DNA from: Desulfobulbus propionicus DSM 2032
GTDB lineage: Bacteria > Desulfobacterota > Desulfobulbia > Desulfobulbales > Desulfobulbaceae
Reading direction: 5' to 3'
DNA length: 32,000 nucleotides
NCBI RefSeq assembly: GCF_000186885.1
Contig: NC_014972.1
Coordinates: 630,001 to 662,000 of the forward strand
The notes below the pieces were generated by a model. The model saw only the letters and a list, made by a program, of their open reading frames with translations, was not told where the DNA came from and ran no database searches. Numbering within the stretch: the stretch's first letter is position 1; each line of letters begins with the position of its first letter. This document shows, in pieces, positions 17,097 to 25,011 of this stretch. A program made the position numbers and the translations under genes.

Positions 17097-17465
17097 TCAG
17101 TGGCCGGGAGAGGAGGTTTCCGGAAGAGCCACCTTGCCCGTCGAGCCCTCGGGCGGATCGCACTCGAAATCTCCCAAGGGCCGTTTGAAGGTATAGGTGG
17201 CCGGTGCGGCAACCAAGCTGTCCCATGCCTGGTCGGTATTGCCGCCCAGGGCGGAAAAGGGCGAGGAGACCAGAAAGACGGCGAATCCGGCCACCGTGGC
17301 CGCGATGCCCACTGGCCGGGCCAGGGCGATATCCGCGGTCATCAGGTCCGGATCGGTCCGCGCCTTATCGGAACAGTCCATGGCCAGCGCCGGTTCCGTC
17401 GTGCAGGCAAGCGCGACAGCGGTGAGGCACGTCCAGATCACTTTTTTCCCCTGATTGTTGCCCAT
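17097..17465 (-). CDS. Small secreted/lipoprotein-like protein of unknown function
   Basis: GGAGGAAAGG SD. Signal peptide KKVIWTCLTAVALACTTEPALA. An internal hydrophobic segment 'PVGIAATVAGFAVFLVSSPFSALGG' resembles a conserved proteobacterial lipoprotein family that I cannot name with certainty. Confidence 0.6.
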   Translation of the reverse strand: MGNNQGKKVIWTCLTAVALACTTEPALAMDCSDKARTDPDLMTADIALARPVGIAATVAGFAVFLVSSPFSALGGNTDQAWDSLVAAPATYTFKRPLGDFECDPPEGSTGKVALPETSSPGH

Positions 17466-17699
17466 AGCCTTTCCTCCGGTGAAGGGAACCGTCGTTGTCG
17501 TTGAACGCCTGGCTCAACAAAAGTGTAATGAAAACATGTGCAAATCCGCCCGTTGCCGCAATGGGCGCAGAGCAGGGCGGCGGGTGTCCCCGCATGAACG
17601 GTTGATTTTCTCACCCGGCTACCGCGATTGTTCGATCGCCATGGCGACAACGGCACGCTCCTCAATCTTACTCTTTATCCCGCTGGACGTTTGACCGCG

Positions 17700-19946
17700 T
17701 TATCGCCGGCGACCTCCGCCTCCACCCCTGCGGTCAAAGGATCGCGGGGCCGGGGTACTGCGAACCTGACTGGCCCGAGCACTCTGGGCATTGCCCCATT
17801 GCCGCGCACTGGCCTGCCGCTCCAGGGTGCGGGAATCAATACCGGCCTGCGGCGTCGGCCGTGACCAGCCGCCACTGCCGCCGCGTTGGCTCCAGTTGCC
17901 GTTGCTGTCCTTCTTGTAGACGTGGCCGTTGCGGCCGGCATAGACATTGCCTTCCGGGCCCTTGACCACGGCGCCCTGGCCGCGCCGGGTATCCCAGGCC
18001 ACGGCGCCGGTGCCCTCGCTGGTCTTGACCCCGGCCGCCTGGCCACGGACGGTGGAACGGGAACCGCCCTTAACCGATTTATCGCCCTTTTCCGCATAGA
18101 AGCGGCTGGCCGAGCCGCGCGGGGTGCTGACCGTGCCGCGTTCCGCATAGCCACCGGTATTCGGGTTATAGGCCTGACGGTACGATGCGCTGCCGCCGGG
18201 CCCATAGACATAGCCGCCCCGGGTGTAGGTGCCGGTGTTGGCGTTGTAGGTGGCTCCCCGGCCGGCCCCGCCATAGGGACCATAGGCCCGGGTCGCGGCA
18301 TACGAGCCGCCCGGTCCATAGGCGCCGTAATGGGAGACATAGCCGCCATAGCCATGGTTGTACACTGCGGCGCGGCCATAGGAATAGTAGGGGGCGGGAT
18401 AATAGTGGTGGTGATCCCAATCCTCCCAGTTGTCGATCAGGGCCGCGGTCAACAAGCCCATGCCGAACATCACCACCCCTGTGGTGGCGACATATTCGCC
18501 GCTGTAGCCGGAGGTTTGATTGTAGACCACGGTGGAGGGGGTGGACTCCTGCACGGTCACATAGGTCACGTTGTGGGCCGGATGAGTAGCGGGAATGGCG
18601 TAGATGGCCGGTGGCACCGAGGTGCAGTAGACCCAGGGGCCATTGGGCGACGAGCTGGTCAGCCAGGTGCCGTTGCTGCACCAGTAATAGGCGTTGTCCA
18701 CCAGAAAGATCTGGCTGGGCGTGTTGACCGCGGACTGGACACTGGTCCCCTGAATGGGAGCAAACTTCGGTTCGCCGCTGTATTGGGCCGTCGCCTGCAC
18801 TGGGCCGGCCGCCACCTTGGTGCTGGTCGGCACCGAGGCCAACAGGATGGCATCCTTGGCCTCGCGGGTTCCGGGCACCGAGGCCTTGACAAAGGCCGCG
18901 TCGCTGTCTGTCGGGATATGGGCGAAATCAACGGGCAGATCCAGGCTGGCCGGGGTCCAGGGCCCATCCAAGGACTTGGCGCGAAACCAACGGCCAGCCA
19001 CCAGGAAATAGAACTGCGCTTCGCGACTGTGGAGGAAAAGCGGGCTGCCGGTGTTGGCCACCTGCAGCAACGCGGTGGCGGGGACAGGGGTGTAGCGCGG
19101 CTCTCCTTCGATCAGGATCAGCTCGGCCGGTTCGGTGGCGGCAAAGACCACCGGGACCTCGCTCCCGGTCTTGCCGGGAATGTTGGTGCGCACCTCGGCC
19201 CAATTCTCCGTATCCGGCAGGGTGGACATGACCTGTGGCAACGTTTTGACCGCGGTCCACGGGCCGGCCAAGGGGTCCTTGGCGGTCAGCCATTGGTTGC
19301 CATCGAGGAGGAAATACTGCTGGCTTGCGGTATCAAAAAAGATATCCCAGTTGGCATTGACCGCGAACATCAGGTCGGTGCGATTGGCGTCCACCGGCTT
19401 GAAGGCGGGCTTGCCCATGAACATGACCAGAATGGCCGGCGTGCTGCTGTGGAAGATCCTGGGCGGCTGAATGTTGACCTCGACCGGCTTTTGCCGCATG
19501 TGCTGTTCCGGCTCCAGGTAGGCCAGCACCCGGTCCAGGGAGACCACGGTCACCTCTTTTCGCGGCAGCAACGTATTGACCACCGCGCTCAGGCGGGCGG
19601 CCTCGGTCTCGGGGATGTTGGCAAAACGGAGTTCGCGCCGCACCGGCCGGGCCACCACCTCGCGGGTGGAGTGGTCGACGGTGGTGTTGGCCTCCACCTC
19701 GGCCACGCCGAACCGCTCCTTGGCCTCGGCACCCTCCTTGACGCTGATGGCGCAACGGAACTGGAGCGTGGCGTAGTTGTTCCAGGAATCGACCTGGGGC
19801 TGGTAGACGGTGAGCCGCTTGTCGTCGCGCTCGATGATCCGGGGCCAGCCGGAATCGCCAGCGGCGGTCTGGGGTTGCGCCCCGCAGGGGAACGGCGCGA
19901 GCATGAGCAGCAGGAGGAGCGAACACAGGACAACAGGGTATCTCAT
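17700..19946 (-). CDS. Large bitopic envelope protein: signal peptide, ~470-aa extracytoplasmic domain with repeated GxW...GPW motifs, one TM helix, ~240-aa Gly/Tyr/Ser/Arg-rich tail
   Basis: GGAG 8 nt upstream of the ATG at 19946. MRYPVVLCSLLLLLMLAPFPCGAQP. Repeats 'FLLDGNQWLTAKDPLAGPWTAV', 'FLVAGRWFRAKSLDGPWTPA', 'YWCSNGTWLTSSSPNGPWVY'. TM 'TGVVMFGMGLLTAALI'. Tail ends 'RRGGGGGRRR'. No family name recalled with confidence. Confidence 0.75.
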   Translation of the reverse strand: MRYPVVLCSLLLLLMLAPFPCGAQPQTAAGDSGWPRIIERDDKRLTVYQPQVDSWNNYATLQFRCAISVKEGAEAKERFGVAEVEANTTVDHSTREVVARPVRRELRFANIPETEAARLSAVVNTLLPRKEVTVVSLDRVLAYLEPEQHMRQKPVEVNIQPPRIFHSSTPAILVMFMGKPAFKPVDANRTDLMFAVNANWDIFFDTASQQYFLLDGNQWLTAKDPLAGPWTAVKTLPQVMSTLPDTENWAEVRTNIPGKTGSEVPVVFAATEPAELILIEGEPRYTPVPATALLQVANTGSPLFLHSREAQFYFLVAGRWFRAKSLDGPWTPASLDLPVDFAHIPTDSDAAFVKASVPGTREAKDAILLASVPTSTKVAAGPVQATAQYSGEPKFAPIQGTSVQSAVNTPSQIFLVDNAYYWCSNGTWLTSSSPNGPWVYCTSVPPAIYAIPATHPAHNVTYVTVQESTPSTVVYNQTSGYSGEYVATTGVVMFGMGLLTAALIDNWEDWDHHHYYPAPYYSYGRAAVYNHGYGGYVSHYGAYGPGGSYAATRAYGPYGGAGRGATYNANTGTYTRGGYVYGPGGSASYRQAYNPNTGGYAERGTVSTPRGSASRFYAEKGDKSVKGGSRSTVRGQAAGVKTSEGTGAVAWDTRRGQGAVVKGPEGNVYAGRNGHVYKKDSNGNWSQRGGSGGWSRPTPQAGIDSRTLERQASARQWGNAQSARASQVRSTPAPRSFDRRGGGGGRRR

Positions 19947-20015
19947 GGCCATTTCTCCAATAAAAGGATGAAGAAGACAACCTCCCTTCGCCGAAGGGTG
20001 GTCATTGCAGGACAA

Positions 20016-20108
20016 CTACACGGTCATGGCTGTGCCGGATTCAACATTCGCGGGACAAAGGGAGGGGAACGAGAGGAACACAGCCAGAACGACGATGCAC
20101 GGTTGCAT
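20016..20108 (-). CDS. Candidate 30-codon hydrophobic small ORF upstream of the large envelope gene
   Basis: AAGGAG lies 5 nt upstream of the ATG. Product MQPCIVVLAVFLSFPSLCPANVESGTAMTV. Stop is 70 nt before the 748-aa gene. Below the ORF-track length cutoff. Confidence 0.35.
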   Translation of the reverse strand: MQPCIVVLAVFLSFPSLCPANVESGTAMTV

Positions 20109-20368
20109 GACATCTCCTTCCAGGCTTAGCCTGATGCAGAGCGATTTTTCACAGCGGCGGGGGCGGCAAACGGTCTGTCCAGTCCCTCCTGCCGCACGTG
20201 CACAATCTTTCAACTAGCGAGCTGCTCGTCAGAATGAATCAATAAAATCAATACAATTCCCTGGTTGCCACGACAAGAGAAATAATGAGGCGGGAAAATA
20301 TTTTCCGTTCCCGAGGGGCGAGGTTTCCCGCATACGGCAAACCGGCAGCCGGGCTGCCGCCACACCGA

Positions 20369-22165
20369 TCAGGTTTCGCTGACCGGAGGCTGCGTTGGCT
20401 CGGAGAGGCGGCGCTTGATGGCCTCCAGTTCCTCCAGATGTTCGAAGAACAGGTCGACAATCTGCGGATCGAACATGCCGCCGCGTTCCCGTTGGATGAA
20501 CTGGAGCACCTTTTCCCGGGGCCATGGCTGTTTGTAAACCCGGCCCAGGGATAGGGCGTCAAAAACATCGGCCACGGCGCAAATCCGTGCCAGCAGATTG
20601 ATTTCCTCCCCCCGCAACCCGGCCGGATAGCCGGTACCGTCCCACCGCTCATGGTGCTGGAGGGCGATGGTGCGGGCGCTGGCCATGAGCTTGCGGTCCG
20701 AGGTGTTGAGGATGCGTTGGCCAATGACCGTATGGTGCTTGATCTGCTCGAATTCCTCGGTGGTCAGCCTGGCCGGCTTGTTGAGAATGGCATCCGGAAT
20801 GCCGATCTTGCCAATATCGTGCATGGGCGCGGCGGCTTCGAGCAGGGCGATCTCCTCCTCGCTCAGGCCGTATGCGCGGCCCAGCAGGGCGGCATAGGCG
20901 GCCACCCGGCGGACATGGTTGGCGGTATCGCCCGAGCGGGATTCGATCACCTCGCCCAGGGTGGAGAGAAGCTCGAGCTGGGTTTCGATCATTTCCCGAT
21001 TCAGAGTCAGGATCTCGGCGTTGCCGCGGTTGATGGTCCGCTGCCTGAACACATTCTGGATCAGGAGGACGATGATCAGGCCGAGAACGGCGATGATCGC
21101 CAGGGCCATGAGGATGGCCGAACGATGGAGTTCGAAATAGGATTGGGGCCGGTCGAGGAGCGCGGCATCCGCCGGCAGGCGGGACAGGGGGATGGCGAAC
21201 CGTTGCAGCGCGGGATAGTTGTAGGTGTGTCGGTTCACTTCGGTGAGCTGGTCGTAGAGGGCAGGGGGATGGCCGCCGGCCAGACGTTCCAGCAGGGTCT
21301 GCGCCGCTTTGTGGCCGTGGCCGAAGGCGCTGGTGACGCAGCCGCCGACCGCTCCGGAACGCAGCTGGAAATCCCAGGCCACATAAACCGGTACCGGCGA
21401 ACTGGCGGCCAGGGCCCGCGGCATCTCCTCGGCGGTGAACACCCGGCCGGCGGCATCCTGGAAATAGACCAGCAGGTAGAAAAGTTCCCCCGGAGTCCGT
21501 TTCTCCGCAAACGCCAGCAAATCCCTGCCGGTCATCGGCGGCAGGATCTCCACCGCCACCCGATCGCGCAACGGCCGCACCTGTTCGGCAAAGGCCTGGC
21601 GGATCACCTGGCCGGTGAGTGTATGGTCCACCGCGACGAAAATTTTCCGGGTGCCCGGATTCTGTTGCAGGGCGGCGTCGAGCGTTTCCCGGTGCGCCAC
21701 CCGTTCGATGATGATGTGCATGTCGCTGGCGTTGACGGGAACCGATCGGGGATCGTTGATGCCGCAGGCAACGATGGGGACGTGGGGAAAGAGATCCTGC
21801 CGGTGGCGGGCCACCAGGTCCAGGGCGTGGTCATCGGTGAGGATGACCCCGTCGAACTGAGTGCCGCTATATTTCTCCCGGTAGAGGGCGAGCAAGCGTT
21901 CGATATAGGCGGGCGAATCGTGATGTTTGGCATCCATGTATTCCACCCGGTAGCGGGCCTGGATTTCCGGTGCTTGCAGGACCGACAGGATGCCGGTATG
22001 CAGATCCCTGGTCCAGGAAAAATCCGGGGCATAGGAATGGAGCACCAGTACCCGTGGCCGGAGAGATGTGGCGTCGGCCGCCACCGAGGCCGGCAGCAGG
22101 GCGAGCAACATCGGCAGCACTGTGGCGAGGAGGCGAGACCATCGAAGGGAAAAAGGTGGGCTCAT
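20369..22165 (-). CDS. HD-GYP domain c-di-GMP phosphodiesterase with periplasmic sensor domain
   Basis: Signal/TM N-terminus. Periplasmic 'RVLVLHSYAPDFSWTRDLHTGI' (ABC-substrate-binding-like sensor fold). TM 'ILMALAIIAVLGLIIVLLI'. HD-GYP motifs 'HVRRVA', 'MHDIGKIGIP', 'HHERWDGTGYP'. Confidence 0.85.
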   Translation of the reverse strand: MSPPFSLRWSRLLATVLPMLLALLPASVAADATSLRPRVLVLHSYAPDFSWTRDLHTGILSVLQAPEIQARYRVEYMDAKHHDSPAYIERLLALYREKYSGTQFDGVILTDDHALDLVARHRQDLFPHVPIVACGINDPRSVPVNASDMHIIIERVAHRETLDAALQQNPGTRKIFVAVDHTLTGQVIRQAFAEQVRPLRDRVAVEILPPMTGRDLLAFAEKRTPGELFYLLVYFQDAAGRVFTAEEMPRALAASSPVPVYVAWDFQLRSGAVGGCVTSAFGHGHKAAQTLLERLAGGHPPALYDQLTEVNRHTYNYPALQRFAIPLSRLPADAALLDRPQSYFELHRSAILMALAIIAVLGLIIVLLIQNVFRQRTINRGNAEILTLNREMIETQLELLSTLGEVIESRSGDTANHVRRVAAYAALLGRAYGLSEEEIALLEAAAPMHDIGKIGIPDAILNKPARLTTEEFEQIKHHTVIGQRILNTSDRKLMASARTIALQHHERWDGTGYPAGLRGEEINLLARICAVADVFDALSLGRVYKQPWPREKVLQFIQRERGGMFDPQIVDLFFEHLEELEAIKRRLSEPTQPPVSET

Positions 22166-22431
22166 CGTTGGCGATTCCCGGCCTGGAGTTGGCCTGCCAG
22201 TTCCGCCGTCGGCAGGATTACGGCAAGAGGCTGGAAACGGTTGCGCCGATCATCGGCATGCATGAAATATAAATATTGTACCCATGTTGCTCCATAGTGA
22301 ACAAGAGCAATTCTCATCGTTCATCCTGCTGATCCGTTGATTTGGGTGGCCTTGAGGAAAGAGCACTCGAGCCCGGTCACGGCGTTGTCTGAGGCTGTGC
22401 GCGGACGGATAGCCATCAAGAGGAACAGGCC

Positions 22432-22707
22432 ATGATGCCGATAGATGTTCTGCTCAACCGTATACAGTGGGACCGGGACTTCGGCTGGGCCGAGTTTTCT
22501 ATCGGTTATGAAGACCGCGTGGCGGCGGCGATCCTTGTCGTCCCCCTGCACCAGGTGGTGCGCATACCGGGAGACCGTTTTTCGGTGCGGATCGTCGATG
22601 GGGAGGGCGTGTGGCATCGGGTGCCGCTGCACCGGATCAAGCAGGTGTACCGCAACGGCGAGCTGATCTGGCAACGGCCCCGGTGCCGGCTTTTCCCCGG
22701 AGCGTGA
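22432..22707 (+). CDS. DUF504 / MJ1316-like (RNA cyclic-phosphate-end recognition domain) small protein
   Basis: AAGAGGAA SD. 'LLNRIQWDRDF..EFSIGYEDR......VPLHRIKQVYRNGELIWQR' matches the conserved pattern of DUF504 proteins as I recall it. Confidence 0.6.
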   Translation: MMPIDVLLNRIQWDRDFGWAEFSIGYEDRVAAAILVVPLHQVVRIPGDRFSVRIVDGEGVWHRVPLHRIKQVYRNGELIWQRPRCRLFPGA

Positions 22708-22761
22708 CCAGGGGCACGCGTAACACGCCACCGTTTCCCTCCGGGAAAAAGGAGGGCGGGG

Positions 22762-23418
22762 TTAGGCCGGCAGCAGCTCGCGCCAGTCGGCAAGCAGGTA
22801 GAAGGGGAAATGGGGCCAGGTGTGGACCGTGCCGCAGCCCTTGCCCCAGGCGCGCATCTGGTTGCGGCCGGAAAAGATTCGGTCGCGGCTGGTGATGATC
22901 TTGTGGTCATAGAGGTCGGCCGCCGGACCGGCTTGGGTAAAGGCGTCGCGGAAGGCGGCCATCTCCTCGCGCAGGGCGGGTAGGTCGCGCTGCGGCCGAG
23001 TGGCCAGGAAACGGGCGAGCTGGTGGTCGTCGTCGAACATGTTGCGGTAGAAGCTGTCCAGCACCTCCTGGCTGAAATGGTCGAGCATCTCGGCGTAGTT
23101 GTCCGACGGGATGCCGCGCTGCTGGTCGATCGGCGTCAGGGTACCGCCAAGAGCGGTGCGTGAGGCAAAGGCTGTGGGCCGGTCGGCCAGCAGATGGGCC
23201 GCCACCCACACCCCCATGGACCAGCCGATCAGGTGCAGCCGCTGGTAGCCGGCAAAGGGGGCGAGGTCGATCGGTGCCAGCTGTCGGTAGTCGTGGAACA
23301 GGCAGACATCGTGGGCCGCCGCCTCCAGACCGTCAAAGGGAGTCGGGTCCATGCCCCAGCCGCTGAAAAAGAGGATGCATTCCCGGTGCGGCCCGCGCTT
23401 GAGCCAGTCGCTACGCAT
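22762..23418 (-). CDS. bioG: Pimeloyl-ACP methyl ester esterase BioG (DUF452)
   Basis: 'ILFFSGWGMDPTPF...LIGWSMGVWVA' (GWSMG nucleophile elbow), ~218 aa. Its start overlaps the bioF stop by 8 nt. Confidence 0.75.
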   Translation of the reverse strand: MRSDWLKRGPHRECILFFSGWGMDPTPFDGLEAAAHDVCLFHDYRQLAPIDLAPFAGYQRLHLIGWSMGVWVAAHLLADRPTAFASRTALGGTLTPIDQQRGIPSDNYAEMLDHFSQEVLDSFYRNMFDDDHQLARFLATRPQRDLPALREEMAAFRDAFTQAGPAADLYDHKIITSRDRIFSGRNQMRAWGKGCGTVHTWPHFPFYLLADWRELLPA

Positions 23419-24607
23419 GGTCGGCCTCCTCCAGGGCGGTTTTGATAATCGCGGGCAGCGGCGCCAGTTGCTCCCAGTCCATGGCCGCGTTGAGCGACAG
23501 CCGCAGGCGCGAGGTGCCGGCCGGCACCGTGGGCGGCCGGACTGCCTTGACCCAGTAGCCGGCCTCGCAGATGCGCTCGGCCGCGTTCACGGTCCGGGCG
23601 GCGTCGCCGACCAGCACCGGCACGATGTTGCTGCTGCCGTCGGTGCGCAGGCCGAGGCCGCGCAGGGCTTCGCGGAAACGGGCGGCCAGCTGGTCGACCT
23701 TGGCCCGCTGCTCGCGCATCAGGGGGATGTGGCGGAGCACGAAGCACAACCAATGGACCGATACCGGCGGCAGGCCGGTGCTGAAGATCTGCGAGCGGGC
23801 GGTATTGAGCAGGTAGTCGATCAGCAGGCGCGAGCCCACCACAAAGGAACCCTGGCCGCCGAAAGCCTTGCCGAAGGTGCCGGTGAGGATCTCGATCTGC
23901 CGGTGCACTCCCTGTTCCTCGGCCAGGCCGAGGCCGTTGTCGCCGCGGATGCCGACCCCGTGCGCCTCGTCGACGTAGAGCGCGGCCCGGAAACGGTCCT
24001 TGATCCGCACCAATTCGGCCAGATCGGCGGTGTCGCCGTCCATGCTGAAGATTGATTCAGTGACGATGATCACCTGGCGAAATCGGGCCCGGTCCTTGGT
24101 GAGCACCTGCTCGACCGCCGCATAATCGAGATGCGGGTAGCGGATGACCTTGGCCCGCGACAGGCGCATGCCGTCGATCAGGCTGGCATGGCAGAGTTTG
24201 TCGGCCAGGATCAGATCCTGTTTGCCGGTCAGGGCCGGCAGCAGGCCGATGTTGATGTGGTAGCCCGAATTGAACACCAGGGCCGCCTCGGCCTGGTACA
24301 GGGTACAGAGCAGTTCCTCCAGCCGGGCATAGGGCAGGGTGTTGCCGGTCATCAACCGTGAGGCGGTACTGCCCAAGCCGTAGCGTTCCAGCAGGGTGTC
24401 GCTGTTCTGCTCGCTGTAAAAGGCCTGGAGCAGCTCCCGATTGGTGGCCAGGCCGAGGTAATCGTTGCCGGCGAGGTTGAGATAGCGGCGGCCGTCAATG
24501 TCGATCCGGCCACGGTCGAGGTGGGTGACCGGCACCAGTTGGCGCCGCTGCCCCTGGCGCTCGATCTCGGCCAGCGCTTCGCTTAGAGAAGGGTCGAGAA
24601 CGGACAT
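23411..24607 (-). CDS. bioF: 8-amino-7-oxononanoate synthase
   Basis: MSVLDPSLSEALAEIERQG...YLNLAGNDYLGL...DEAHGVG...GTFGKAFG (PLP lysine context). The ORF-track extension 24608-24856 is out of frame with, and overlaps, the upstream gene, so it was rejected. Confidence 0.85.
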   Translation of the reverse strand: MSVLDPSLSEALAEIERQGQRRQLVPVTHLDRGRIDIDGRRYLNLAGNDYLGLATNRELLQAFYSEQNSDTLLERYGLGSTASRLMTGNTLPYARLEELLCTLYQAEAALVFNSGYHINIGLLPALTGKQDLILADKLCHASLIDGMRLSRAKVIRYPHLDYAAVEQVLTKDRARFRQVIIVTESIFSMDGDTADLAELVRIKDRFRAALYVDEAHGVGIRGDNGLGLAEEQGVHRQIEILTGTFGKAFGGQGSFVVGSRLLIDYLLNTARSQIFSTGLPPVSVHWLCFVLRHIPLMREQRAKVDQLAARFREALRGLGLRTDGSSNIVPVLVGDAARTVNAAERICEAGYWVKAVRPPTVPAGTSRLRLSLNAAMDWEQLAPLPAIIKTALEEADHA

Positions 24608-24611
24608 GGGG

Positions 24612-24950
24612 TTATTCCACGAGTTGGCTGTACAGGCTGTCGCTGAAGCCGACCAGCAGCCGGTCGCCGATCCGCAGGGTGGGGGCGCGCAGGTTGCCGG
24701 TTCGGCCCAGGGCCTGGGCAAGAATCGCTTCTTTGCTGTCGGTGCGCGGATCGAACACTTGATAGGTCTTGCCCTTGGCCACCAGGATCTCCCGGGCGCC
24801 GGCCAACAATTTCCAGGCCTCCTCGCCAGCGAGCGATTCCTTGCGGGCATCGGCAACCCGTTCCGGGGGCAAGGTATGACGGTTCAGCACATCCTGTGCC
24901 TTGGCGCACGAGGCTCAGCCTTTTCTCAAATAGGCCCATTCAATCTGCAT
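24612..24950 (-). CDS. ArsC/Spx/YffB-family thioredoxin-fold protein with in-frame UGA (candidate selenocysteine at codon 12, motif U-A-S-C)
   Basis: On the minus strand: GGAGG, 4 nt, then ATG CAG ATT GAA TGG GCC TAT TTG AGA AAA GGC TGA GCC TCG TGC..., in frame with the 92-aa ORF 24612-24890. The C-terminus 'LLVGFSDSLYSQL' parallels YffB 'LLGFSDSSYQQF'. The TGA sits where the family has its N-terminal redox Cys (CxxC-like). Confidence 0.7.
24886..24900 (-). promoter_or_regulatory. SECIS-like hairpin downstream of the in-frame UGA
   Basis: mRNA GGCAC-AGGAU-GUGCU, with stem G.U, G-C, C-G, A-U, C-G and apical loop AGGAU. It starts 15 nt after the UGA. An alternative overlapping hairpin is GUGC-GCCAAG-GCAC. 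Confidence 0.4.
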
Positions 24951-25011
24951 ACATCCTCCATTGGCTCCAGAAAACGGGGCAACAGTGCAACAACGTGGCA
25001 AACAGCGCATC

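Noticed and set aside
17636-17647. Perfect 12-bp palindrome TCGCCATGGCGA between the large envelope gene and the small secreted-protein gene
   Set aside because: Roughly eight perfect 12-bp palindromes are expected by chance in 32 kb. There is no flanking extension or repeat.
17700-18420. Quasi-periodic GC-rich nucleotide repeats, considered as a CRISPR-like or tandem-repeat array
   Set aside because: The periodicity is imperfect and fully explained by the Gly/Tyr-rich low-complexity coding sequence. There is no repeat-spacer structure, and no cas genes occur in the window.
17886-20129. 747-aa plus-strand ORF covering the whole large-envelope-protein locus
   Set aside because: The minus-strand frame has an SD, a signal peptide, a TM helix and structured repeats. 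The plus-strand product is featureless G/A/R/H-rich sequence typical of antisense reading of GC-rich codons.
20250-20270. Sigma54-like TGGCAA element on the minus strand upstream of the small ORF
   Set aside because: The downstream TTG(T) is 3 nt too far from the GG for the -24/-12 spacing, and the -12 GC is absent.
24608-24856. N-terminal 83-aa extension of the bioF ORF (the track start at 24856). Similar extensions occur at 118-255 (cobU), 1382-1603 (cobC), 1867-2211 (cobT), 6031-6114 (pyrF), 13866-14003 (HK) and 16579-16653 (PilZ).
   Set aside because: The extensions are Arg/Pro/Cys/Trp-rich and overlap the upstream gene or riboswitch in another frame. The internal starts give canonical family N-termini with an SD or start/stop coupling.
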